From positions 99 through 64,098 of the forward strand of contig JBJELW010000066.1 in assembly GCA_051879315.1 (NCBI GenBank): DNA of 64,000 nt, given 5' to 3'. A program made the translations under genes and the position numbers. The stretch is from Roseburia sp. GTDB lineage: Bacteria > Bacillota > Clostridia > Lachnospirales > Lachnospiraceae. Positions 18,091-28,404 of this stretch are shown here, in pieces. The notes under the pieces are model-generated. The model was not told the DNA's origin and searched no databases. It worked only from the letters and a program-made list of their open reading frames with translations. Every line of letters begins with the position of its first letter. Positions within the stretch are counted from its first letter, which is position 1.

Positions 18091-18177
18091 GTTTTGTTCA
18101 GCCGCTTTGCCGGCAGGAATATTTTGCCAAAAATCGGCTATTTTGTATTTTCTTTTACAAAAAGGTACAAGATATCG

Positions 18178-18215
18178 TAAAAAATGCTTGTGTTTTTTTC
18201 GATATTATTTATAAT
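18178..18215 (+). promoter_or_regulatory. overlapping SigD-like and SigA-like promoters of fla/che operon
   Basis: TAAA-N16-TTCGATAT (18178-18205) and TTGTGT-N16-TATAAT (18188-18215). Confidence 0.55.
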
Positions 18216-18242
18216 AAAATAAGATATTCTAGGAGGTGGACT

Positions 18243-18632
18243 ATGATCAGTTCAAGCGCATTTGACTATGTGAATGTATTGGACAAGGCGGCAGATGCCA
18301 GCTGGCAGCGGGAACAGACCATTGCCAATAACATTGCCAATGTGGATACGCCGGGCTACAAAAGACAGGACGTGGATTTTGAAAGCGTGCTGAAGAGCGA
18401 GCTGGGGCAATCTAAGTACACATCTTTGGATGAGAAGGTGTCCACGATACATATGGATCATCTGAAAGCCACTGTACGCACGGAATATGCCGGATTTTCT
18501 TATCGTTCCGATGGAAATAATGTGGATATTGATACAGAGAACGTGGAACTGGCATCAGAGACATTGCGATATTTAGGATTGACAGACAGTATCAACCAGG
18601 AGTTCGCCCGGTTGAAGTCTGTGATGAAATAG
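18243..18632 (+). CDS. flgB: flagellar basal-body rod protein FlgB
   Basis: IANNIANVDTPGYK, DGNNVDID.E. Confidence 0.95.
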   Translation: MISSSAFDYVNVLDKAADASWQREQTIANNIANVDTPGYKRQDVDFESVLKSELGQSKYTSLDEKVSTIHMDHLKATVRTEYAGFSYRSDGNNVDIDTENVELASETLRYLGLTDSINQEFARLKSVMK

Positions 18633-18657
18633 TGCATTTTGGTAAGGAGGAGAGATT

Positions 18658-19101
18658 ATGGGGTTATTTCAGTCGTTTGATATCAGCGCGTCCGGCATGA
18701 CAGCGCAGCGGTTCCGCACCGATGTCATTGCGGAAAATGTAGCCAATGTCAATACAACCCGTACCGAGGACGGGACGCCTTACCGCCGGAAGATTGTCAC
18801 ATTTGAGGAAAAGGAGACTTCACCTTTCAGCCAGGTGCTTCACAGGACCAGACAGGGTGCAGTGGGAAACGGCGTGAAGGTGGCAAAAGTCACAGAGGAT
18901 TATGAAACAGATTTTATCATGGAGTATGATCCTTCCAATCCGGATGCGGATGAGAATGGTTATGTGTCATACCCGAATGTAAATATTGTAACGGAGATGA
19001 CGAATCTGATTGATGCCAGCCGTTCCTATGAGGCAAATGTAACGGCGTTTGACGCCAGCAAGCAGATCGCACAGGCCGGACTTCAGATCGGCAAGTCATA
19101 A
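18658..19101 (+). CDS. flgC: flagellar basal-body rod protein FlgC
   Basis: SGM.AQR.R.DVIA.N.AN, PYRRK, YPNVN...EM. Confidence 0.95.
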   Translation: MGLFQSFDISASGMTAQRFRTDVIAENVANVNTTRTEDGTPYRRKIVTFEEKETSPFSQVLHRTRQGAVGNGVKVAKVTEDYETDFIMEYDPSNPDADENGYVSYPNVNIVTEMTNLIDASRSYEANVTAFDASKQIAQAGLQIGKS

Positions 19102-19138
19102 CTTTTGACAACAACAGATAAGAGATGAGGATAAACAG

Positions 19139-19450
19139 ATGGATATTTCAGCATTAACAGGGGTCTCAACAGATTTTTGGGGAAACAGTACCGCAAAGGG
19201 TTCCACCGATAAAACATCAGAGACCAGCTTTGATAATATTTTAAATGCAGCCATGAATATGATTCAGGAGACCAATGCCTATGAGAATGCGGCAGAGTCT
19301 GCAGAAATTCAGTTTGCACTGGGGGAATCTGTCAATACACATGATTTGCAGGTCGCCCAGGAAAAGGCAAATATTGCACTGCAGTTTACGGTTTCCGTAC
19401 GGGATGGTGTGCTGGAAGCTTATAATACCATTATGAATATGCAGATTTAA
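19139..19450 (+). CDS. fliE: hook-basal body protein FliE
   Basis: A.EKA.IALQ....VRD....AY..IMNMQI. Confidence 0.93.
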   Translation: MDISALTGVSTDFWGNSTAKGSTDKTSETSFDNILNAAMNMIQETNAYENAAESAEIQFALGESVNTHDLQVAQEKANIALQFTVSVRDGVLEAYNTIMNMQI

Positions 19451-19475
19451 CAGTTGGACAGGTAAGGTGTAAAAA

Positions 19476-21086
19476 ATGCCGGAGAAAGTTCAGGAGATAT
19501 TAAAAAAAATCAAAGAATGGTGGAAAAAATTTAATTCCAGACAGAAGATGTTATTGATCAGTATAACGGCGGTAATTCTTCTGGCTCTGGGCATTCTCGC
19601 CTTTGTGATGTCCAGACCGGATATGAAGCTTCTGGTTACCTGTGCGGATTATTCTGAGGCGGCTACGGTGCAGTCTCTCTTAACTGCGGAGGGTTATGTG
19701 TTTGATGTGTCTGATGACGGACTTACCTTTAAGGTACAGAAAAAGGATCTGGCTGAAGCCAGCATTCTTATTGGATCTAATGATATTCAGACGTCCGGGT
19801 TTACCTTTGAGGATGCGCTGGACCGAAGCTTCAGCACCACGGAGACGGACATGACCCGGAAATATCAGGTTTATCTGGAAACAAGATTTGCGGAAGTGTT
19901 ATCCGGTATGGATAATGTGGAAAGTGCGGAAGTTACACTGAATATGCCGGAGGATGATGGAACGTTGATCAGCAGCAACCAGGAAACCTATGCTGCTGTC
20001 AAGCTTACTTTGGATGGTCCTATGTCTGAGGATCAGGCTGCCGCTATTGCCAGATTTGTGGCTACCCAGCTGGGTAATAATTCCACGGATTCTGTTACCA
20101 TCATGGATTCCAACGCAAACCTTCTGTTTTCCGGAGGGGAGGACAGTACGGTGGCAGGAACTGCCAGCTCCCAGCTGTCTTATCAGTCGAAACGTGAAAA
20201 TGCCATGAAAAGTGCGGTGACGGAAGTGATCAGCGGAACCGGACTTTATGATAATGTCAGTGTGGCGGTGAATCTGAGCCTGGACTTCAATCAGGTGACC
20301 TCCACAGAAACCAATTATTCTGCTCAGGAGGGCCGGGAAGAGGGCCTGATTTCTGAGGAAAGCCGGTATTCGGAGGAGAATTCCTCCGGCGGAGGCGGCG
20401 TCCCCGGAACAGACAGCAATGATGGGGATGATACCACCTATGTGATAGAAGATGACAATTCGGCGGAATCTACTATTACGGATGAGACAATCACTCACGC
20501 CCTGGATCGGAAAGATACCACCACTATTGAGTCGGTGGGAGATATCAAAGCGGATGAGTCCTCCATTGCGGTGGTAGTAACCCGCAATGTTTATTATGAT
20601 GAGGATACTTTAACCGCCAGCGGTGCGTTGGACGATATGACCTGGGATGAATATGTGGCGGCCAACAATGACCGGGTGCAGACCACAGTGGACGACAGTA
20701 TGCTTCAGATGGTGGCGGATGCCACAGGAATCCCAACCAGTAATATTTCCATTGTGGCATACGATATTCCCATGTTTACGGAAAGTGTGGGAAGCAACAG
20801 AAACTGGCAGAATTATCTGCAGATTATATTGGCAGTGCTGATTCTGGTGCTGCTGGGTTATGTGGTATTCCGCAGTACCAGAAAAGAGGAGAGCGAAGAG
20901 GTGGAACCCGAGCTTTCAGTGGAATCTTTGCTGGAGACTACCAAGGTGGCCGAGAAGGAAGAACTGGAAGATATCGGATATCAGGAGAAGTCTGAAACAA
21001 GAGTACAGATTGAGAAGTTTGTGGATGAGAATCCCGAAGCGGTGGCTGCATTGCTTCGCAATTGGCTGAATGAGGAGTGGAATTAA
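19476..21086 (+). CDS. fliF: flagellar M-ring protein FliF
   Basis: two TM segments, C-terminal NPEAVAALLRNWLNE; position. Confidence 0.92.
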   Translation: MPEKVQEILKKIKEWWKKFNSRQKMLLISITAVILLALGILAFVMSRPDMKLLVTCADYSEAATVQSLLTAEGYVFDVSDDGLTFKVQKKDLAEASILIGSNDIQTSGFTFEDALDRSFSTTETDMTRKYQVYLETRFAEVLSGMDNVESAEVTLNMPEDDGTLISSNQETYAAVKLTLDGPMSEDQAAAIARFVATQLGNNSTDSVTIMDSNANLLFSGGEDSTVAGTASSQLSYQSKRENAMKSAVTEVISGTGLYDNVSVAVNLSLDFNQVTSTETNYSAQEGREEGLISEESRYSEENSSGGGGVPGTDSNDGDDTTYVIEDDNSAESTITDETITHALDRKDTTTIESVGDIKADESSIAVVVTRNVYYDEDTLTASGALDDMTWDEYVAANNDRVQTTVDDSMLQMVADATGIPTSNISIVAYDIPMFTESVGSNRNWQNYLQIILAVLILVLLGYVVFRSTRKEESEEVEPELSVESLLETTKVAEKEELEDIGYQEKSETRVQIEKFVDENPEAVAALLRNWLNEEWN

Positions 21087-22096
21087 TGCAGGTTACGGAG
21101 GAATATAACGGAATTCAAAAGGCGGCAATTTTATTGATTGCCCTGGGACCGGAGAAATCAGCGAGCATTTTTAAACATTTAAAAGAGGATGAAATCGAGG
21201 AACTGACCCTGGAGATTGCAAATACCAGAAGTGTGTCTCCCCAGACGAAAGAGGATGTGCTGGAAGAGTTTTATCAGGTGTGTCTGGCTCAGCAGTATAT
21301 TGCAGAGGGTGGTATCGGATATGCTAAGGAACTGTTGGATAAGGCACTGGGTAGTGACAAAGCTCAGGAAGTGATTACAAAGCTCACTGCCTCTTTGCAG
21401 GTGCGGCCGTTCGAGTTTGTGCGAAAGACAGATCCGTCTCAGGTGCTGAACTTTATTCAGGATGAGCATCCTCAGACCATTGCCATGATCCTGTCCTATT
21501 TGTCTTCCAGTCAGTCAGCTATGATTTTGGGAGCACTTCCTGCGGAGAAACAGGCGGATGTAGCAAAGCGTATCGCAAAGATGGATCGGACCTCTCCGGA
21601 CGTGATCAAAGAGGTGGAACGGGTGCTGGAGCGGAAATTGTCTTCCCTTGTCAATCAGGATTACACCATCGTGGGTGGTGTGGATGCCATTGTGAATATT
21701 TTGAACACGGTAGACCGTGGAACAGAGAAACATATTATGGAGTCTTTGGAAATCGAAGAGCCGGAGCTGGCAGACGAGATCCGCAAAAAGATGTTCGTAT
21801 TCGAGGATATCTTATTGCTGGATGACCGTGCAATCCAGAGAGTTCTTCGCGATGTGGATAATAACGATCTGGGCATCGCATTAAAGGGTGCAAATGAGGA
21901 GGTTCAGAATGCGATCTTTAAGAACCTTTCCAAACGTCTGGCTGCCATGATCAAAGAGGATATGGAATTTATGGGTCCGGTTCGTATGAAGGATGTTGAG
22001 GAGGCTCAGCAGAAGATTGTGGGCGTGATCCGTAAGTTGGAAGAGTCAGCGGAGATCGTGATTTCCCGAGGCGGAGGTGACGAGATCATTGTCTAA
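21086..22096 (+). CDS. fliG: motor switch protein FliG
   Basis: KAAILLIALG, EHPQTIA, MFVFEDI. Confidence 0.96.
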   Translation: MQVTEEYNGIQKAAILLIALGPEKSASIFKHLKEDEIEELTLEIANTRSVSPQTKEDVLEEFYQVCLAQQYIAEGGIGYAKELLDKALGSDKAQEVITKLTASLQVRPFEFVRKTDPSQVLNFIQDEHPQTIAMILSYLSSSQSAMILGALPAEKQADVAKRIAKMDRTSPDVIKEVERVLERKLSSLVNQDYTIVGGVDAIVNILNTVDRGTEKHIMESLEIEEPELADEIRKKMFVFEDILLLDDRAIQRVLRDVDNNDLGIALKGANEEVQNAIFKNLSKRLAAMIKEDMEFMGPVRMKDVEEAQQKIVGVIRKLEESAEIVISRGGGDEIIV

Positions 22097-22892
22097 TCTT
22101 TTTAAGCCTCGTTACATAACAAATTACAATGAAGACGCCAGGGTGATTAATTCCAATGAACTAGTGTTGCGCAAAATTGAGGAGCAGGCAAAGGTACTGC
22201 TTCCACCGGATATTTCTCCTGAGGAAACACCTGAGGATTTTTCAGGGGATGGTTTTACCGCGGGTATTGCAGCGGAAAGAGTGGAAGAGATCGATTACGT
22301 GGCTGTGGCTAAGGAAGAGGCGGATGCCATCCTGGCAGAGGCTAACCGGCAGGCAGCTCAACTGGTGGAAGATGCCACGGCACAGGCCGGACAGATTCGG
22401 GAACAGGCCAGAGAAGAAGGCTTACAGCAGGGCTATGCCCAGGGAAAAGAACAGGCTGAACAGGAGTGTGAAGAGAGACAGCGCCAGTTGGAGGAAAAGG
22501 AGCAGGCTCTGTCAGATTCCTATCTCAGGCAGCAAAAAGAGTTGGAACCCAAACTGGTGGATGTTATTACCCACGTGGTGGAACATGTGTTTAAAATCCA
22601 CTTTTCCGATAAACGGGAGCTGCTTCTGTATCTGGTGAATCAGACATTAAGTTCCGTAGATGGTGCCAGAAGCTTTACCATCCGGGCGGACAGGGAACGG
22701 ACAGATTATCTGGAAGCTCACAGGGAGGAACTGTTGTCCTGTGTGGGGCAGAATGTGCAGTTGGATATTGTGCTGGATCATTCACTGTCCCAGGGGCAGT
22801 GCGTGATTGAGACGGATACAGGAGTGTTTGAATGTGGAGCAGATACACAGATTGAAAATCTCATGAAAGACATACGGGCTTTAAGCATGTGA
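22089..22892 (+). CDS. fliH: flagellar assembly protein FliH
   Basis: AxxxGxxxG repeats, C-terminal G.CVIET..G; position. Confidence 0.88.
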   Translation: MSNLFKPRYITNYNEDARVINSNELVLRKIEEQAKVLLPPDISPEETPEDFSGDGFTAGIAAERVEEIDYVAVAKEEADAILAEANRQAAQLVEDATAQAGQIREQAREEGLQQGYAQGKEQAEQECEERQRQLEEKEQALSDSYLRQQKELEPKLVDVITHVVEHVFKIHFSDKRELLLYLVNQTLSSVDGARSFTIRADRERTDYLEAHREELLSCVGQNVQLDIVLDHSLSQGQCVIETDTGVFECGADTQIENLMKDIRALSM

Positions 22893-22901
22893 GGGTAAGA
22901 C

Positions 22902-24215
22902 GTGACAGTTGATTTAGAAAAGTACGAGGAATTAGCGGGAAAAAAGTATTTTACCTGCCTGGGAAAAGTGGTGAAGGTGGTGGGCCTGACCATTGAATCC
23001 ATTGGCCCGGAGGCGAAACTTAATGATTTGTGCAGAATATATTTAACCCAGAAGCGTGAAGAGTATGTGATGGCTGAGGTGGTTGGCTTTAAGGATAACC
23101 GTCTTTTACTGATGCCTTACGACAGCGTGGAGGGGCTTGGAGTTGGATGTATCGTAGAGAATACGAAACATCCACTGTCTGTTTTGGTGGGGGATGAAGT
23201 GCTGGGACATACGTTGGACGGAATCGGAAGACCCACCGACACGGATATCATTTCCACCACCGGGGAATATCCTGTGGAGGCGGCACCGCCGGATCCTATG
23301 AAACGTGAGATCATTCATGAGGTGCTGCCTCTGGGCGTGAAGGCTGTGGATGGCTTGATCACTGTGGGAAAGGGACAGAGAATTGGCGTGTTTGCCGGAT
23401 CCGGCGTGGGAAAGAGTACCCTGCTGGGTATGTTCGCCAGAAACACAAAGGCGGATATCAATGTGATTGCACTGATCGGAGAGCGCGGCCGTGAGGTGCG
23501 GGAGTTTATTGAACGGGACTTGGGCCCTGAGGGAATGAAACGTTCGGTGGTGGTGGTGGCCACTTCCGATAAACCGGCGCTGATCCGAAATAAGGCGGCA
23601 AAAACAGCTACAGCTATAGCGGAGTATTTCCGGGATCAGGGAAAAGATGTACTTCTGATGATGGATTCTCTGACCCGTTTTTCCATGGCACAGCGGGAGA
23701 TTGGACTGGCTACGGGAGAACCGCCGGTAACCCGCGGGTATCCGCCCAGTGTCTACTCGGAGATGCCGAAACTGCTGGAACGGGCAGGTATGTCTGATAA
23801 AGGTTCCATTACGGGATTGTACACGGTGCTGGTGGATGGTGATGATATGAATGAGCCCATCACGGACACGGCCAGAAGCATTTTGGATGGTCACATTATG
23901 TTGTCGCGGAAACTGGGCCATAAGAATCATTATCCGGCCATCGATGTGTTACAGAGTATTTCCCGTGTTATGAGTTCTATTGCCACGTCGGAACACAAGA
24001 AGATGGCAGGCAAACTGCGAAACGTGCTGGCAACCTATCAGGAAGCGGAGGATCTGATCAATATCGGAGCATACAAAAACGGTTCCAATAAAGAAATTGA
24101 TTACGCCATCGCTAAAATCGATGAGGTGAATCAGTTCCTGTGTCAGAGGACAGATGAGAAATACTCGTTTGATGAGGAAATTTCGCTGCTGTCAGGGATT
24201 TTTGCTGAAGGATAG
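22902..24215 (+). CDS. fliI: flagellar export ATPase FliI
   Basis: GSGVGKST, LIGERGREV, DSLTRF. Confidence 0.96.
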   Translation: MTVDLEKYEELAGKKYFTCLGKVVKVVGLTIESIGPEAKLNDLCRIYLTQKREEYVMAEVVGFKDNRLLLMPYDSVEGLGVGCIVENTKHPLSVLVGDEVLGHTLDGIGRPTDTDIISTTGEYPVEAAPPDPMKREIIHEVLPLGVKAVDGLITVGKGQRIGVFAGSGVGKSTLLGMFARNTKADINVIALIGERGREVREFIERDLGPEGMKRSVVVVATSDKPALIRNKAAKTATAIAEYFRDQGKDVLLMMDSLTRFSMAQREIGLATGEPPVTRGYPPSVYSEMPKLLERAGMSDKGSITGLYTVLVDGDDMNEPITDTARSILDGHIMLSRKLGHKNHYPAIDVLQSISRVMSSIATSEHKKMAGKLRNVLATYQEAEDLINIGAYKNGSNKEIDYAIAKIDEVNQFLCQRTDEKYSFDEEISLLSGIFAEG

Positions 24216-24271
24216 TGGCGGAGTTTTCAGACGGAATCCGGAATGGACCCAACAGAAAAGGCAGGTAGAGC

Positions 24272-24724
24272 ATGGCAAAATTTGTATATCGTATGCAAAA
24301 TATTCTGGATATCAAGGAAAAGCTGGAGAATCAGGCTGCCATTGCCTACAGCCAGGCAAACCAGCGGCTGCAGGAGGAAAATGACAAGCTGATGCAGCTT
24401 TTTGCCAGAAAAAACGGGTATGAAATGCAGGCCAGAGAATTGGTACAGGATAAGATTGATGTGCGGGAGATCCAGCATTGTCGAAAAGCCATAGAGTCTG
24501 TGAAGGTTTTGATCCGCAGGCAGATGCTGGAAGTTCAGGTGGCGGAAAAAAATGCGGAGGCAGCCAGGAAACGTCTGGCTGATTTGATGAAAGATCGAAA
24601 GACCCATGAGAAACTCAAGGAAAACGCATTTGAGGAATTTAAACGGGAACTGAATGCGGAGGACAATAAACTGGTGGACGAGCTGGTAAGTTACACCTAC
24701 GGAAAAGAAAAAGAGGAAGAGTAG
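24272..24724 (+). CDS. fliJ: flagellar export protein FliJ
   Basis: coiled coil, F.YRMQ.IL..K; follows fliI. Confidence 0.88.
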   Translation: MAKFVYRMQNILDIKEKLENQAAIAYSQANQRLQEENDKLMQLFARKNGYEMQARELVQDKIDVREIQHCRKAIESVKVLIRRQMLEVQVAEKNAEAARKRLADLMKDRKTHEKLKENAFEEFKRELNAEDNKLVDELVSYTYGKEKEEE

Positions 24725-24738
24725 CAGGTGGTGAGCGT

Positions 24739-25548
24739 ATGGCAGAATTGGATAAGAAAGCTGCAAAAAAGGCAGAGAAGGCCAGAAAAAAGGAAGAAAA
24801 AAAGAACAAGAATATGATGGATGATCTGGAGGAAGAAAGTGGTGCTTCATCCAAGGTGGCCGTCTTTTTGGCGACACTGATCATCATACTGGTTTGGATC
24901 GTGATATTCGCATTGCTGATCAAATGGGATGTGGGAGGCTTCGGATCCACCGTTATGACTCCGCTTTTGAAGAATGTTCCCTATGTGAATCGGATTCTGC
25001 CCCGGTCGGATGAAGAACTTTCCACGGAGGACGAGTATCCGTACAAGACTTTGGATGAAGCGGTGGAGTACATTAAGGAGCTGGAACTGGAACTGGCGGA
25101 AGCCCAGTCCGGAAATTCCGATTATGATGCGTATGTGGCAGAACTGGAAGCTCAGGCGGAGAAATTAAAGGAGTACGAAGCGAATCAGGCTGCGTTTGAA
25201 GAAGAGAAGGAAAAATTTTACGCAGAGGTTGTTTTTTCGGACGAAGCACCCGATATAGATGAATATAGGCAGTATTATGAAAGTATAGAGCCGGATAACG
25301 CGGAACAGCTTTATAAGCAGGTGATTCGGCAGGAAGCAGTTTCTGAGGAAATCGAAGATTATGTTAAGGCATATTCGGAGATGAAACCCAAGGCGGCCGC
25401 TGCGATTTTTGACACCATGACTGATAATCTGGAACTGGTGGCAGATATCCTGGAAAATATGGATGCGGAATCCCGTGGTAATATCCTGGCAAATATGAAT
25501 CAGGATACGGCTGCGAAAGTGACGGAGATCATGAACCCCATCAATTAG
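24739..25548 (+). CDS. YlxF/MotE-like (MgtE N-terminal domain) flagellar membrane protein
   Basis: TM, coiled coil, Y..MKPK.AA.I...M motif; between fliJ and fliK. Confidence 0.75.
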   Translation: MAELDKKAAKKAEKARKKEEKKNKNMMDDLEEESGASSKVAVFLATLIIILVWIVIFALLIKWDVGGFGSTVMTPLLKNVPYVNRILPRSDEELSTEDEYPYKTLDEAVEYIKELELELAEAQSGNSDYDAYVAELEAQAEKLKEYEANQAAFEEEKEKFYAEVVFSDEAPDIDEYRQYYESIEPDNAEQLYKQVIRQEAVSEEIEDYVKAYSEMKPKAAAAIFDTMTDNLELVADILENMDAESRGNILANMNQDTAAKVTEIMNPIN

Positions 25549-25595
25549 CGGCAGACTGCCTGTATTATGAAATGTCAGGAGAAAGGAGGAAAAAT

Positions 25596-27161
25596 ATGAC
25601 AAGTGTAAAGCTGACAGATATGATGTCTGCTTCTTCCGGTGATGTTATTGCATCGCTGGGAACGTCGGTTAGTATGGGAAAACAAACCATTTCATCCGAT
25701 CAGCAATCTTTTGCCACAGTCATGAATGGCACGGCTCAAAATCGCAAATCACCGGATAATCCGGACGTGTCCCGCAGCCGCAACGATAACGGTGCGGACG
25801 TGAAGGAGAACTACCGGGCCAGCAACCGGGGAAATGCAATGGACCGCAAGGTGACACAGGCTGCTGTGGGGGATTCGGGAAAATTCCGGAAACTGGAAGA
25901 AAATCAGGAAGAGATTACCGGAGAATTCTCACAGGGAATGAAAGAACTGCTGACGGGACAGCTGGATGTTTCCGAGGAAGAACTGGAGGCAGCCATGACA
26001 GCATTAGGGTTAAGCTATCTGGATCTTTTGAATCCATCCAATCTTACCCTGTTGGCAGCTCGGCTCATCGGGACGGAGGATACCTGCACACTGCTGATGA
26101 ATGAGGATTTTACCCAGCTTCTGCAGCAGAGCGACTGGCTGGTATCTGATCTGACAGAGTCCACCGGACTCAGCCGGGAGGAAATTTTATCATGGCAGGA
26201 TCTGCAGAATCAATGGATGGTAACCGGAACGGAGGAGGCTCAGGCGGAGCCTGCGACGGATCATTCCGAAGGGGGAGTGCCGGTGCCTGCGGAGATGATG
26301 GAAGAAGTTGCGGAGCCGGTGACTGAAGTAAAGATTTCAGATGAGGCTGTCGATACCTTTGAAAACGGAAATTTACATGCGGCAGGGAAAAAGAATGGAT
26401 CGGAAGTACAGCAGCTGTCTGAAGGGAAAGAAACAAAGACCGGGCATGATGAGCAGACAGATGGCAGGATGGAAGAAGCCGCAGCAGTGAAAGAAAAACG
26501 TGGAGAAACTGACACGGAACAGGAACAGACGTTTTCATCCGGACAATTCCAGGGAGAAATGTTTGAAAAGGATGGAGAGAAAAGCGGCGTTGAACAGTTG
26601 ACACACACCCAGAATACCGGTTTTGAAAATGTTCGGGCAGAAGTGGCTGTGGAAATGCCGATCCAGACACAGACAGCACCTTCCAATGTAGATGTGCAGG
26701 AGCTGATGCAGCAGTTTGTTGAATTTGCAAGACTCCACGTGACACAGGATACCACATCTATTGATATGCAGTTGAATCCGGAAAATCTTGGAAAATTGTA
26801 TCTGCATGTGTCCACCGGTAGGGAAGGAAATGTGACGGCGGAAATTGCTGCCAGCAGTCAGGAGGTAAAGGAAGCCCTGGAGACTCAGATCGCAGAGCTT
26901 CGCATCACTTTAAACCAGCAGGGAGTTAAGGTGGACGCGGTGGAAGTTACCGTGGCAAGCCATGAGTTTGATCAGAATTTAGAGCAGAATGCAGCCCGTG
27001 ACCAGCAACAGGGTGAAGAGCGGGAGCAGCAGAGTCGGAACGGTGTGAGAAGTCTGTTTCGCGGAGAGCTGGATGATCTGACCGGAATCACATCGGAGGA
27101 GGAACTTCTGGCGGCAAGAATTATGAAAGACAACGGAAACACCATGGATGTAACCGTGTAG
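25596..27161 (+). CDS. fliK: hook-length control protein FliK
   Basis: low-complexity N-terminus, C-terminal QLNPENLGKL. Confidence 0.9.
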   Translation: MTSVKLTDMMSASSGDVIASLGTSVSMGKQTISSDQQSFATVMNGTAQNRKSPDNPDVSRSRNDNGADVKENYRASNRGNAMDRKVTQAAVGDSGKFRKLEENQEEITGEFSQGMKELLTGQLDVSEEELEAAMTALGLSYLDLLNPSNLTLLAARLIGTEDTCTLLMNEDFTQLLQQSDWLVSDLTESTGLSREEILSWQDLQNQWMVTGTEEAQAEPATDHSEGGVPVPAEMMEEVAEPVTEVKISDEAVDTFENGNLHAAGKKNGSEVQQLSEGKETKTGHDEQTDGRMEEAAAVKEKRGETDTEQEQTFSSGQFQGEMFEKDGEKSGVEQLTHTQNTGFENVRAEVAVEMPIQTQTAPSNVDVQELMQQFVEFARLHVTQDTTSIDMQLNPENLGKLYLHVSTGREGNVTAEIAASSQEVKEALETQIAELRITLNQQGVKVDAVEVTVASHEFDQNLEQNAARDQQQGEEREQQSRNGVRSLFRGELDDLTGITSEEELLAARIMKDNGNTMDVTV

Positions 27162-27173
27162 AAAGGAGTAGTT

Positions 27174-27893
27174 ATGGCGATTACACAGTTAGTAAAAGAT
27201 GGCGTGTTGATTGATTCATCAGCCAGTGCATCATCGCTATCCAGCAGTAATGTGACAGACAACAGTTCGTTGGATAAAGAGGCCTTTTTGCAGCTTCTGG
27301 TTGCGCAGATGAAATACCAGGATCCTTTGGAGCCCACCGACAATACGGAATACATTTCACAGTTGGCAACGTTCTCACAGCTGGAGGCAACCCAGAATAT
27401 GCAATCCTCTTTGAATGCAATGGAGGCAAATGATCTGGTGGGTAAGCAGGTAATCCTGAAGGTCACATCTTCCGTGACGGGAGAGACTTCTTATGTGTCC
27501 GGTCGTGTAGACTATGTGCTGCATGAAAATGGTGAAACTTACCTGTCTGTGAATGATGGACTTTATTCTATCGAAGATTTGGATACAGTGGCAGATTCCG
27601 ATTATATGGATGCAGTATCCTTTGCAAAGTCCTTTAACAGCGCAGTGAGCAGTCTGCCGTCAGTGAACAGCGTTAGTGCATCGGATGAGTCCAGGGTAAC
27701 AACACTTTATACGGCGTATCAGTCCCTTTCCGATTATCAGAAACAGTTTGTTTCGGCAGATGATGTGGCAAAGGTGGAAAATCTCATGGCAAAGATTGCA
27801 CTGCTGAAGGCCGATTCTTCAGGCGCTGATACGGAAGCGGACGTGGAAGATGATGCACAAACAGAGGAAGAGAGCGGCGTTGAACAGGAATAA
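27174..27893 (+). CDS. flgD: hook capping protein FlgD
   Basis: FLQLLVAQMKYQDPLEP...QLATFS.LE. Confidence 0.95.
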   Translation: MAITQLVKDGVLIDSSASASSLSSSNVTDNSSLDKEAFLQLLVAQMKYQDPLEPTDNTEYISQLATFSQLEATQNMQSSLNAMEANDLVGKQVILKVTSSVTGETSYVSGRVDYVLHENGETYLSVNDGLYSIEDLDTVADSDYMDAVSFAKSFNSAVSSLPSVNSVSASDESRVTTLYTAYQSLSDYQKQFVSADDVAKVENLMAKIALLKADSSGADTEADVEDDAQTEEESGVEQE

Positions 27894-27926
27894 GGGAAAG
27901 ATGGAAACGAATAGGGGGCGAGGCGT

Positions 27927-28331
27927 ATGAATGGAATTCCCGGTCAGTTTTCCTCTATTGAACAGATACAGGATCAGTATCTTAATGCGCAGAGGGTAAA
28001 CTATTCGGAGCAATCATCCGATATATCCTTTGCGAAGGTATTACAGGAAAAGCAACAAAAGATCACACAGCCTATGGATGCCCTGAAATTTTCTAAACAT
28101 GCCACTATGCGTCTGGCGGATAGAGACATTAGTTTGTCCGAGGAACAGAGTGTGCGTTTGGAGGAAGGGGTAAAGAAGGCTTCAGAGAAAGGAATTAAGG
28201 AATCTCTTGTGGTGATGGATTCATTGGCGTTCATTGTGAATGTGCCGAACCGCACGGTTGTGACGGCCATTGACCAGACAGAATCCGAGAATAACATTTT
28301 TACAAATATTGATGGCGCGGTAATTGTATAG
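27927..28331 (+). CDS. flagellar operon protein, TIGR02530-like
   Basis: LKFSKHA..RL..R, NRTVVTA, FTNIDGAV; between flgD and flgE. Confidence 0.88.
   Translation: MNGIPGQFSSIEQIQDQYLNAQRVNYSEQSSDISFAKVLQEKQQKITQPMDALKFSKHATMRLADRDISLSEEQSVRLEEGVKKASEKGIKESLVVMDSLAFIVNVPNRTVVTAIDQTESENNIFTNIDGAVIV
27997..28024 (+). promoter_or_regulatory. intragenic SigD-like promoter upstream of flgE
   Basis: TAAA-N16-TCCGATAT. Confidence 0.45.
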
Positions 28332-28404
28332 CTGGACCTTAACGGAAGCTATGATTTCTGACTGACAGAGGAAATCAAACCGCGGAATAGGAGGTCATGT
28401 AATT

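Noticed and set aside
18025-18242. c-di-GMP riboswitch or invertible switch upstream of flgB as in C. difficile
   Set aside because: no GEMM motif or flanking inverted repeats; the GAAA hairpin fits a codY terminator
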